Sequence record: OQ025076.1
Source: Escherichia phage vB_EcoP_YF01
DNA length: 64,000 nt
Direction: 5' to 3' (one strand)
Position 1 is the stretch's first letter; the number at the start of each line of letters is the position of its first letter. The notes under the pieces are model-generated. The model was given only the letters and a program-made list of their open reading frames with translations. It ran no database searches and was not told where the DNA came from. Of this stretch, positions 20,366-29,900 are shown one piece after another. The position numbers were made by a program, and so were the translations under genes.

Positions 20366-21334
20366 ATGGGTGCAGGTGGTTTTCGTAAGAACACTGGTCG
20401 CAATAACACCACACTCCCGTACAACGTTGGGTTTCTCAATAATGTACAGGACACAGAAACATATAACGTAGCCGTATATGATGAGCTACAAAAAGTCAGT
20501 ACAGCTACTAACCAAATGTTCCAAGCTATTGACGAGATTCACGATGAGATTGATGTTCGTATCAAAGCTCTTCATGCGATGAACTTACAATTCGATGAGC
20601 TTGAGAATAGAATTACTACAGAGATAGAGACAGCTATTGCCGATATCCAAACACAGATGGGGAACCTCTCCACTGAAGATATTTGGGATAATTCTGTTCA
20701 ACCCCCTGTAAAATTAGAAAGCACTGTATCTGGCTTTAAAACAAGTATTGAGGGTAACACAACTAAGATTCAAACGGTAGAAGGTATTGTCAACGACCAA
20801 GGTCAAGAGATTGCTTTAGTTCAGACAGAGATTCAAAATATTAACGGAAGCCTCTCTCAGTATATGAAGCTTTCTGAGTATGAAGCTACATGGGGAGTTA
20901 ACTCTACAGTCAACGGAAGATATGCTGGGGTCAAGCTAACCAACAACGGAACAAACAGTCAATTCCAAGTAACAGCTAACAAGTTTATTGTTGGTGATGG
21001 TAGCTCTGGTAACACTCCTTTTGTGTTTGAGGGTGGAAGAGCTAGGATGGAGTTTGCTGATATAAAGAACGTCAATATCACAACAGCTCAGATTGCCAAC
21101 GCTAGAATCCAATGGGCACAGATTGATAACGTATCTATCTCCAATGCTCAGATTCAGAACTTATCAGCGGATAAAATTACTGCTGGTTCTATGTGGGGTT
21201 CTAACTGGAGACTTACCGTTGGGGGTGACTTTGTTATGGGTGGTACAGGTGGAGCACAATTGTGGATGAATGGAAACAGGATAGACTTCTATGATGGAAG
21301 TGGTGCTCTAAGAATTAGAATAGGGAGTTGGTAA
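20366..21334 (+). CDS. Tail fibre-like structural protein
   Basis: Start placed at ATG 20366 (RBS TTGGAGGAA) rather than the ORF-track 20300, which sits upstream of the terminator. Confidence 0.5.
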   Translation: MGAGGFRKNTGRNNTTLPYNVGFLNNVQDTETYNVAVYDELQKVSTATNQMFQAIDEIHDEIDVRIKALHAMNLQFDELENRITTEIETAIADIQTQMGNLSTEDIWDNSVQPPVKLESTVSGFKTSIEGNTTKIQTVEGIVNDQGQEIALVQTEIQNINGSLSQYMKLSEYEATWGVNSTVNGRYAGVKLTNNGTNSQFQVTANKFIVGDGSSGNTPFVFEGGRARMEFADIKNVNITTAQIANARIQWAQIDNVSISNAQIQNLSADKITAGSMWGSNWRLTVGGDFVMGGTGGAQLWMNGNRIDFYDGSGALRIRIGSW

Positions 21335-21335
21335 T

Positions 21336-22367
21336 ATGGCATATGGAATATGGACGCAACCAGTAGGGCCGGGGCCAGCAACCCCCGCTCCCTTGTTTAT
21401 TGATAGTGGAAGCACTTTCCCTCAGTTCAAGAATAGCATAAGAGGAAGTTTTAACTTTAATGGAGCTGGGAGATCTTTCCCTATTAGTGGATGGGATGGT
21501 AGTGGTCAGATAATTATTGTTCCCACTGGTTCTCTGTGCTGGCAATGGGAAGTCCCTCCTAACTTAGTCCCTGATGTTTATTGTGTAAATAACATCTATG
21601 TAGAAAATGCCTCATCTTTTAGGGTTACCCTGAACCAGAATCCTGGCAGTAACCCCCTGTTTGATTGTGGGTTCAACGTGTATCAAATTTGGCCTAGAGC
21701 TGATAGGAATTACGGAATCACTTTCTCAAATACAGCAGACTATTTTTCCATATCAGATGCTGGGGTTGTTGGTCAATGTATTTGGGCTTGGCAGGGGGTC
21801 ATAAACAATGCCCTTCAGATACCAAATATCGGTGGGTTCAATATGACCAATGCTGTTGTATTTGCTAATTGGTCTGATGGAGGGCTCGGACTGTCTTATA
21901 CCTCTGATGACAGAGTTATTCGTGTCTACCAGAACAGACCTTACGTAAACGGCAACACTAATGAGGGTGGTTCAGTGTTTGCTAGAGTTGCAGTATTCTG
22001 CAATGGGGCAGGGGTTCCGGAACATAATGGAGGTTTGAATATCTATTCTCCGGGTACCACTCAGTGTGTCTTCTCTACTAACAGAACACCTTTCACTGTG
22101 GATACTTTTATAGGCTCAGGGGGTGGTAACACGGGAATGGCATACCCTATGATACCTCTTACTTCTGGAATAGGTGCAATAAAAGGCCAAGGTAGTGGGT
22201 GGAGATACCAGCAAATGAGATCTCACACAATGAGTGGTTCTAGCATAGGAACTGGCTATGGAAGGTATCTATTTCAGTGGGATCAAAATTACGATCTAGG
22301 AGCTGGCACTGTAGTTAATTTATCAGTTCCTGTAATAAATGCAGCTAAGGTTTTTGCTGGACTATAA
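21336..22367 (+). CDS. Virion structural protein (unassigned)
   Basis: 343 aa, Gly/Asn-rich; RBS GGGAG; tightly packed with flanking structural genes. Confidence 0.5.
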   Translation: MAYGIWTQPVGPGPATPAPLFIDSGSTFPQFKNSIRGSFNFNGAGRSFPISGWDGSGQIIIVPTGSLCWQWEVPPNLVPDVYCVNNIYVENASSFRVTLNQNPGSNPLFDCGFNVYQIWPRADRNYGITFSNTADYFSISDAGVVGQCIWAWQGVINNALQIPNIGGFNMTNAVVFANWSDGGLGLSYTSDDRVIRVYQNRPYVNGNTNEGGSVFARVAVFCNGAGVPEHNGGLNIYSPGTTQCVFSTNRTPFTVDTFIGSGGGNTGMAYPMIPLTSGIGAIKGQGSGWRYQQMRSHTMSGSSIGTGYGRYLFQWDQNYDLGAGTVVNLSVPVINAAKVFAGL

Positions 22368-22379
22368 TAAGGAGATATT

Positions 22380-23162
22380 ATGGCAATTAAAATGGGTATT
22401 GAAGAACTAGACCCAATGGTTCAACAGGCTTCAAAGAAGTATGGAATACCAGCTGCTTTGATTCATGCTGTCATCCAAAGGGAATCTAGTGGACGTCCTA
22501 CAGTGGCTTCCGGAACCGGTCCTGTAGGTTTAATGCAGATCAGTAAAGGGTTGGCTAAAGATTATGGTTATAAATTGGAAGATAGATTAGACCCAGCAAA
22601 GAATATTGACATGGGTGCTCGGTATATCAGAGACAACCTAAAAGCTTTTAACGGTGACGTCAAGAAGGCAATGGTTGGTTACTCTGAAGGAATAGGTGGT
22701 GCTAAACAAATGTTTGCTGGTAAGAAAGGGTTTACTCCTCAAGCTCTTGACTCAATGAACAACAAACACTTCCTCCCGTTCTATGGCGATGCAGCTTCTC
22801 AGATTGCTAATCCTATTGGTGCTTTGCAAGCTGTCCAACCAGTTAACCAGTTTAATCCTGATACGCTGGATAGGGAGAAGGCTGCTCAAGCTCCTACTCA
22901 AGCTGAAATTGCTGCTTCTAAGACAGGTGCTTTAGGTGGCAACCCAGTAGAATTTTACTCTGATGAAGTTCAAGAAGGAGAAGACCAGAAGCCTCAGCAG
23001 AATTTTGGTAATGCAGTATTAGGAGTAGCTGCTATGCTTGCTGGTAAACCTCCTACCTCTCAAACAGTTCAGAGAGTGAGCACACCTCATGCAGCAGGTT
23101 CTCAGTACAGCCCACAAACACAAGCAGTGCTTAGACGTTTGGCTAGCATTGGTATTAAGTAA
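22380..23162 (+). CDS. Lytic transglycosylase (SLT domain), probably virion-associated
   Basis: Motif AVIQRESSGRPTVASGTGPVGLMQIS matches the SLT catalytic Glu and GLMQ signature. Confidence 0.75.
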   Translation: MAIKMGIEELDPMVQQASKKYGIPAALIHAVIQRESSGRPTVASGTGPVGLMQISKGLAKDYGYKLEDRLDPAKNIDMGARYIRDNLKAFNGDVKKAMVGYSEGIGGAKQMFAGKKGFTPQALDSMNNKHFLPFYGDAASQIANPIGALQAVQPVNQFNPDTLDREKAAQAPTQAEIAASKTGALGGNPVEFYSDEVQEGEDQKPQQNFGNAVLGVAAMLAGKPPTSQTVQRVSTPHAAGSQYSPQTQAVLRRLASIGIK

Positions 23163-23181
23163 TAATCGTTAAGGAGGACTT

Positions 23182-24234
23182 ATGTCTTTATTTGGAAAAT
23201 CAGCTTCTAGCAAAACCACAGTGGCTCCTTCCTCTCAGGTTGATGCCCTGCTGAAGCAGATTGTTGCTAATGCTCAGAATATGCAGAACAACGATCAGGG
23301 ATTTATTTCCCAACAGCTGGCTGGGTTTAATGGCAACCAACAAGGTGCTCTGAATAACTTAGCAGCTTCTACAACTCAAAAACAATTGGCTGATATGTAC
23401 ACACCTCGTACACAGCAAGGTTTGGACCAACTGAACTCCCTTGCTCAACAGTATCAGAATATTGTCAATGGTGGTGGAGTTACGGCTGAAGGGGTTAACA
23501 ACTTTAGTAAAGGTTTGAATAACTCAGCTCTTGCACAAGCTACTAGCAAAGCAGCTTCTAATGTCTCTCTTGGCAATGGCTCTGATTCTGGTTCTCTCCG
23601 TAGGGCTGCGGCTCAAGGGGCTGCTTTGAATGGTGCTAATACAAACTTGTCTCGTACTGTCAGTGGCAAGAATATGGGTGTAAGTGCTCTTCAACAAGAT
23701 CAGAACTTCCAGAGAGGGTTACTTGGTGCTCAATCCGGTCTAGCTGGACAGAACCTCAACCTAGGTGCTCAAGGTGTTCAGGCAACTCAACAGGCCATTC
23801 AGAATCAACTCATGGCTGGCAATCTGCAACAGCAACAAGCCCAAGCTCAGGCTGATATTAATTGGCAGAATGCTATCGGCTCTCAGCAGTATGGATGGAA
23901 TCAGCTTAACAATCAGCTTAATGTACTAAATAGTGTAAGTCCGATGGCTGGATACACGATTAAGAATGCTGCTCCGGGGATTAATACTGGACAACAGCTC
24001 CTAGGTGCTGGTATCACTGGTTTGGGTATTGCAGGTCGTATGGGAGCTTTCTCTCCTAACCAACAGACTCAGAATGCTTGGAGTTCCTATAACAACTCAG
24101 GTGGGCAATCTGGAATGGCTGGTCCTATGATTGGAGGTTCTAATCTTTCTCAACAGAAAGGTCAGTCTAACTGGTTATCCACAACGGGTAATAATATCTT
24201 AGGTGGGGTCTTAGGGGCATTCGGAGCAAACTAA
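23182..24234 (+). CDS. Q/N/G/A-rich low-complexity virion protein
   Basis: 350 aa with almost no charged residues; strong RBS AAGGAGGA. Confidence 0.5.
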   Translation: MSLFGKSASSKTTVAPSSQVDALLKQIVANAQNMQNNDQGFISQQLAGFNGNQQGALNNLAASTTQKQLADMYTPRTQQGLDQLNSLAQQYQNIVNGGGVTAEGVNNFSKGLNNSALAQATSKAASNVSLGNGSDSGSLRRAAAQGAALNGANTNLSRTVSGKNMGVSALQQDQNFQRGLLGAQSGLAGQNLNLGAQGVQATQQAIQNQLMAGNLQQQQAQAQADINWQNAIGSQQYGWNQLNNQLNVLNSVSPMAGYTIKNAAPGINTGQQLLGAGITGLGIAGRMGAFSPNQQTQNAWSSYNNSGGQSGMAGPMIGGSNLSQQKGQSNWLSTTGNNILGGVLGAFGAN

Positions 24235-24246
24235 AGGAGATTTAAT

Positions 24247-25215
24247 ATGGGACTTTTCGGAGGCGGGGGTAGTAAGACTACTTCTCAAATGATTCGCCCT
24301 GAATACATTCAACAGTATATTGACCAGCTTAATCAACAGATTGGTAATACTAGTTCAGGGGATTATGTTTATCGTGACAATGTAGGGTTTAATAACAACC
24401 AGACAGAAGCTCTTAATAACTTGGCACAATCTGGCGCCTTAGGGACTCTCTCACAGCAATACATGGATGCAGCAGGTCAGGGGCTAGGTTATCTAGATAA
24501 TGCCTATAAAGGCTATCAGAGCCTCTCTGGGCAAGGTGGTATTACTGGAGAACAGATTGGTGCTCTCGCTGGTCAACTGTATGATAATGACGCTGTGCAA
24601 GCAGCCATTACAGCTAATAATGAACAGGTTCAACAGAACTTGGCACGTAATGCTCTTCCTCAGTTAGCTCAACAGTATGCTGGTCAGCAAGGTTCAGGTG
24701 CTCGTATGGCTAAGTCTTTTGCCCAAGGTGATGCTCTGAATCAGATGCAAGGCCAAGCAACAGATATTACCAATAGTGCCTATAACTCGGCTATTAGCCA
24801 AGCTGAAAGCATCCTCTCTGGTAATAGACAGAATCAGGCAGCTGCTCTCTCTGGTCTTTCTAATATTGGTTCTAACCTTTCTAACCTAGGTCAGCAGGGT
24901 GCTAATTTGTCTCAACAGCAAATAATGAATCAATGGAATGCAGGGTTGCAGCAACAACAGCAACAACAGAATGAATATGATAATGCCTACCAGAATGCTC
25001 AGAACGCAGCTAATTGGGGATGGCAAGATATCAATAACCAACTCGGTGCAGCAGGTGTACTTAACGGCGCTCTCGGACAAACTACAACTACTAAAACATC
25101 TGGTGGCAAAGGTGGTTTCCTTGGTGGAGCTATGAGTGGTGCAGCAGCTGGCTCTTCCTTTGGGCCTTGGGGTGCATTAGCTGGGGGTGTAATCGGTGGG
25201 TTGGCTAGTACTTAA
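24247..25215 (+). CDS. Q/N/G/A-rich low-complexity virion protein (paralogue-like of the upstream gene)
   Basis: 322 aa with similar composition; Gly-rich hydrophobic C-terminus. Confidence 0.5.
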   Translation: MGLFGGGGSKTTSQMIRPEYIQQYIDQLNQQIGNTSSGDYVYRDNVGFNNNQTEALNNLAQSGALGTLSQQYMDAAGQGLGYLDNAYKGYQSLSGQGGITGEQIGALAGQLYDNDAVQAAITANNEQVQQNLARNALPQLAQQYAGQQGSGARMAKSFAQGDALNQMQGQATDITNSAYNSAISQAESILSGNRQNQAAALSGLSNIGSNLSNLGQQGANLSQQQIMNQWNAGLQQQQQQQNEYDNAYQNAQNAANWGWQDINNQLGAAGVLNGALGQTTTTKTSGGKGGFLGGAMSGAAAGSSFGPWGALAGGVIGGLAST

Positions 25216-25228
25216 TTAGGAGATAAAT

Positions 25229-26878
25229 ATGCAACAGACAACTTACGCTCAGGTCAGAAGTCGTGACCCGAGAAATACTTTCTATGGTGTTAATCCGGGA
25301 GCGGCTTCGGCCTCTCCTTATATGGCTAGACCAACTCAGACAGCAGATATTTCTATGTATCAACGTCCTGCTATACCTGCTGGGCTTTCCTCTCTTGTAG
25401 GTCAAACTTCAGTAGATTATCAGAATATGTTGAATCCTGTTCAGAGTAATGGTCTTCCTTCTGATATCCCAAATGATGTACAACCTCAAGCACAACAGGC
25501 TGTAACTCTTCCTGAGTTTGAGAATCAAGAAACCATGCAAGCTGCTGGACTTTCTCCTTCTTCTATTCCTCCAGAATCAGAACCTCTTCCGGTAACACCT
25601 CCTACTAAACCGTTAGAAGCTGGTCCTATGGAGTTTACTCCTTCTCAGGTGGAACAGGCACAAGGTGTGATTAATACTCTTGCCCAAGGACAAGACGCTG
25701 GTGATGGAATGACTGCTGCTACTCGTGCTAAAGATCAGGAACGTGTTAACAACGATATCTTGCAAGTTGCGAAAGCTAAAGACCCTTCGGAAGCTTGGAA
25801 CAAACTACAGAAAGAACCATTCTACCAAAACTCCAGTTTCTACACAGGTTTGATGGGTGTAGGTCTTTCCATTATGTCAGGTAAGTCTCCTATTGAAGCT
25901 TTCCAGATTGGTCAGGGAATGGCTAATCAAGATGAGACTAAGAAGCAACTGGAAGCTAACCGTGATGCTCTGATTGAACAAGGCTTCTCTCAAGACTCGA
26001 TCGCAGCTGCTATTGCTAACGGAGACCCGTCTCTACTGAAGATGAGAGCTGTAGACCCTGCTCAGAAAGAAGCGCTGTATGCTGCTCGTGAAGAACGACA
26101 AAATGCTGAATGGGATAGACGTCAACAGATTCAAGAGCAAACTATGCGTGAGCGTGCTGATGAAACTCGTCGTGCCGCTGAAGAAAGAGCTAACATGAAC
26201 TTTGAACGTCAGAAAGAGTTGATTGGTTATCGTGATAAGGTTAAGGCTGAACGTGCTGAACAAGCTGCTCAGAGTTTTAACTTTAACCCGAAAGAAGTTC
26301 GTCTTGCTCAGAATACAGCTGAAGGTACGGTTGCTAAGCAGTGGGCAGAGAAAGGTGGCCTGTTTAACCAGTCTAACAAAGACTTGGATTTGGCTGACAA
26401 AGCAGTTAAAGATAAAGACTACCAGACAGCTCGTTCTGCTTACATGCAGGCTATCATGAACTCCGCAAGGGCTGAAATCGGTGCTACTCGTTCTCTTACC
26501 GAAGAAGACTTGGGGCACTTTGCAGAAGACCCATCAATCTTCGTTCGTGTTGGCAACAAGTTTGCACTGAAATCTGGATGGCGTCCTACTGATTCTGCTC
26601 TTGCTTATGCTCGTAAGCAAGCTAACGTTGGTCACACCTCTGCAATGAAAGGTGTTGCTGATGCTAAGAGAGCTACGATTGAAGCTTACATCGGTTCTGG
26701 TATGGATAAGAAGAGAGCTACTGCATTGGTTAACCGTGCAATCCCTTCTGGTGGTTTCTATGACCCTCTAGGTGTTTTCTCTGAACAAGCAGAAGAAGCA
26801 GTTGGTGGTGCAGCAACCAATCCTAAGCTTAATGGTGCTTTATCAGCTGTCGAAGACACTAGCTGGTTTACTCAATAA
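25229..26878 (+). CDS. Internal virion protein (unassigned)
   Basis: 549 aa; Pro/Gln-rich N-terminal third, charged helical C-terminal half. Confidence 0.5.
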   Translation: MQQTTYAQVRSRDPRNTFYGVNPGAASASPYMARPTQTADISMYQRPAIPAGLSSLVGQTSVDYQNMLNPVQSNGLPSDIPNDVQPQAQQAVTLPEFENQETMQAAGLSPSSIPPESEPLPVTPPTKPLEAGPMEFTPSQVEQAQGVINTLAQGQDAGDGMTAATRAKDQERVNNDILQVAKAKDPSEAWNKLQKEPFYQNSSFYTGLMGVGLSIMSGKSPIEAFQIGQGMANQDETKKQLEANRDALIEQGFSQDSIAAAIANGDPSLLKMRAVDPAQKEALYAAREERQNAEWDRRQQIQEQTMRERADETRRAAEERANMNFERQKELIGYRDKVKAERAEQAAQSFNFNPKEVRLAQNTAEGTVAKQWAEKGGLFNQSNKDLDLADKAVKDKDYQTARSAYMQAIMNSARAEIGATRSLTEEDLGHFAEDPSIFVRVGNKFALKSGWRPTDSALAYARKQANVGHTSAMKGVADAKRATIEAYIGSGMDKKRATALVNRAIPSGGFYDPLGVFSEQAEEAVGGAATNPKLNGALSAVEDTSWFTQ

Positions 26879-26898
26879 GACCTAAGTCCTGCCTTCTA

Positions 26899-26907
26899 TA
26901 ATGTATA
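26899..26907 (+). promoter_or_regulatory. TAATGTATA promoter-like element, 39 nt upstream of the 26946 start codon
   Basis: Exact 9-mer; it overlaps the ORF-track ATG at 26901, which I therefore reject as the start. Confidence 0.45.
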
Positions 26908-26945
26908 TAGGGGGTAGGACATTTTTATTTATAAAAGGAGACGTT

Positions 26946-29900
26946 ATGGCTAACATTAAACCGTGGGAAGAAGCTTCCAAAGCTCCTGCGTATCTGAATG
27001 CCTCTCCGGAGCAACAAGCTCAAATGAGAGAACAATATAAGGCAGCAGGTGGCTCTATTCCTGAGGAACAACCAGTAGCACAACCACAACAAGAAGAACG
27101 TGGTGCTATAGGTGAGTTTGCTCAAGGTGTGTCAAATGCTCTTCAATCTGGTGGTGCAAATATTGCAGCTAGTGCTGCTAAAGGTATTGGTGGTTTAGTT
27201 GAGATTGGTGAGAATCTAGCTGGAGCACAAACTAGTTATGGTAAGCGTATCCAAGAGAACTCTCAGAACCTTCTGAAAGAACGTATGGATAAGATTGAGG
27301 ATGGGATTGGTAAAACTGTCGGTCAGTATGCTGGTGTTGCTGGTGATATCGGTTTGACAGTTGCTAACCCATTGGCTGCTGCTGCTATCATCGCAGGTCG
27401 TGAGACAGGTCGTGCATATGCAGACCAAACCCCTGAAGAGGGAGAAGATAAGTCTATTCTAGATGCAGCCTTAGTTGGTGGTGCTAACTATGCGGCTCAG
27501 AGAATCCTTCCGGGTGCTGTCGGTACAGCTGAATCCACACTTGGACGTATTGGTCAGAACGTTGCTAGTAACGCAGTGGCTGGTGCTAAAGGTGGTGCTC
27601 TTGTGGGTGCTGCTGAAGCTCAGAATAAGCACGGAGATGACACAACCTTTGCTAATGTATTAGAAGGTGCTATCGAAGAAGGTGCTATGGGTGCTGCATT
27701 CGGTGGTGCAGTTGGTGGGGTTCATGGTTTGATTAGCCGTCCGGATTCTGCTGTCTTCAAGAATACTCCAGAGTATGCGAAGACTGATATTGCTGCTGAT
27801 GATGAACTAATTCGTAGTGCTAAGAACATTGATGAACTGAAAGAAGCTTACTCTAAAGCTGAAACTGCTAACGCTGCTTCTGCTCTGAATCTTCTGGATG
27901 AGAATGGATTCCGTATTACGGATGCTGTTGCTGTGGACTCTCCTGCTGCTCAGCGTATTCTTAATACTGACCAAGCTCGTGCTGAGAAAGCTGCTTCTGT
28001 TCAGAAAGAACATTCCAACATTCCGGGCCTTAATCCTTTAGCTTCTCCTGCTAAGACTCGTGGTAAAGCGTTTGCTGATAATGAGCACAACCAGAAGCAG
28101 GCTGTTGCTATGAAGGATGCAATGGCTGACTACACCAAAGACAACACGAAAGCTCTTACAGATGTTCTAGATAACCTAGACCGTGAATTAACTTCTCTCC
28201 GAGCTTCTGGTGATTTTACTGGTAGTCCGATCGATATTAAGAATCGTACACAAGCTGACCGTGATTTCATTGATGCTTACAAGACTTTCTACAATGAAGC
28301 AAATCGATTCAAAGCTCGCGAAGGTGAAGATTTTAATAACTTTGTAGAGAAAGCTACTGAACTACAGAAGATGGCTGATAATGTTTCTCCAGAGATGAAG
28401 AAAGCTATCGGTGGGTTGAAGAAACTGAAAGGTATGCCTGAAGGTTTTAATCCTATCCAAGATGCTTACACTCTGAACAATACGGCTAAGTTTATGAGCA
28501 ACCAAGATCGTGGTTGGACTTCCCTGACTGATGATGGATTCCGTGAAGCTTCTTCACCTAGTCTGGTAATGAACACTCTCGGTGCTGCTAAGTATGCTCT
28601 GAATCGCTTCTCTTCTCAGCGTGCTCGCTCTCAACGTGTTAAGCAACAAGAATCTAACAGTGAAGCTATCCGCTCTCTGGCTCGTGGTGATTTGGAAGTT
28701 GCTCGTGCTAAATCTACTGCTGATGAAGCTCGTGCTAAGATGGAAGAACCAGTTGTTGATGACATTAAATTTAAGACGCAAAATGACGTGGAAACCGAAC
28801 CGGTTCGGGAGACTTCTTCTAGTACTGTGACGGAAGAAAATCTTCCTTCTTCTGCTCCTCAAGAAACCCCTCTTACAGCTCGTGATTTAGTTGCGCAAAG
28901 ACGTGCTATCCGTCAGGCTGAACAGCGTCGCGCTGAAGAAGAGGCAGCAGCTGCTCAAGAAGCTCCGGTCGAACAAGCTCCACAGGCTGAACCTCTCCCT
29001 GCTCGTAACCCTCTAGAGGAGCGTCGTGCAATGGAACAGCAACGTGCTCAAGAAGAGGCCGTACAGGCTCCAGAACCAACCGTAGAGGAACCAACAGTCA
29101 AAGCTGAGCCATTACCTGCTCGTGCTCCTAAAGCTCCTAAGGAAGCTGTACAGGACGTTAAACCGGCAAGTGGTGTAGAACGTTTAGCTGCTATGTCTAG
29201 TGCTGCTCGTCAGGCTACTAAAGATCGTGCAGAACGTTTTGCTCGTTCTCTGTACTCCAAGGCTACTAAAGCTAAAGCTACTGCTGAAAACTTCTTGGCT
29301 TACAAGGGTGATCCTAAAGAGTTGATGCGTCGTATTCGTCAGGAAGATAATGCTATCAACACTGAACGTCATGAAGAGATGGCTCGTAATCAGCTAGCTT
29401 CTCAGCAAGGTATTGCTACTGCTAAGAACAACACTGTACGAACTAATTTTGCTGAATGGGTTAAGGAACGTGGTCTGCCAGAAGACGTTGCTACTAAGGC
29501 ATTACGTGCTGAAGAGAAAGGTTTAGGTGGGAACGTAACTAACTTGGATAGTCTGAAACGTCGTGCTGAAAGGTTGTATCAGAAGCAGCGTGAGGATGAG
29601 TTTGATAGACTGTACCAAGAAGCTCTGGAAGAGAATAAAGCTTTCGATAAGAAGGATGCTCCTAAACTGGTTGACCAGAAGAAAGAGCTTCAGTCTGAGA
29701 TTGATACTTTGATTGATTCAGAACCTTTACGTCCTGCTCAGAAAGATGCTATGCGTAAGCTGATGAATGATTTTGTAGATGGGAAGTTTAAATCTTCAGA
29801 GAAGGCTGGTAGAGAAGAGGCTTTGGAAGTTGGTCAGATGAAGGATGTTTGGGATGGGTTTATTAACACCTATAACAGAGAAGTGAATGCCTTCAATAAA

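Noticed and set aside
26033-26518. Minus-strand 161-aa ORF and plus-strand ORF 26223..26459 inside gene 25229..26878
   Set aside because: Nested or antisense to a well-supported gene; no RBS.
26901-26945. ORF-track start at ATG 26901 for the large coiled-coil protein
   Set aside because: That ATG lies inside the TAATGTATA element and has no RBS; ATG 26946 follows a good RBS and begins the sensible N-terminus MANIKPWEE.
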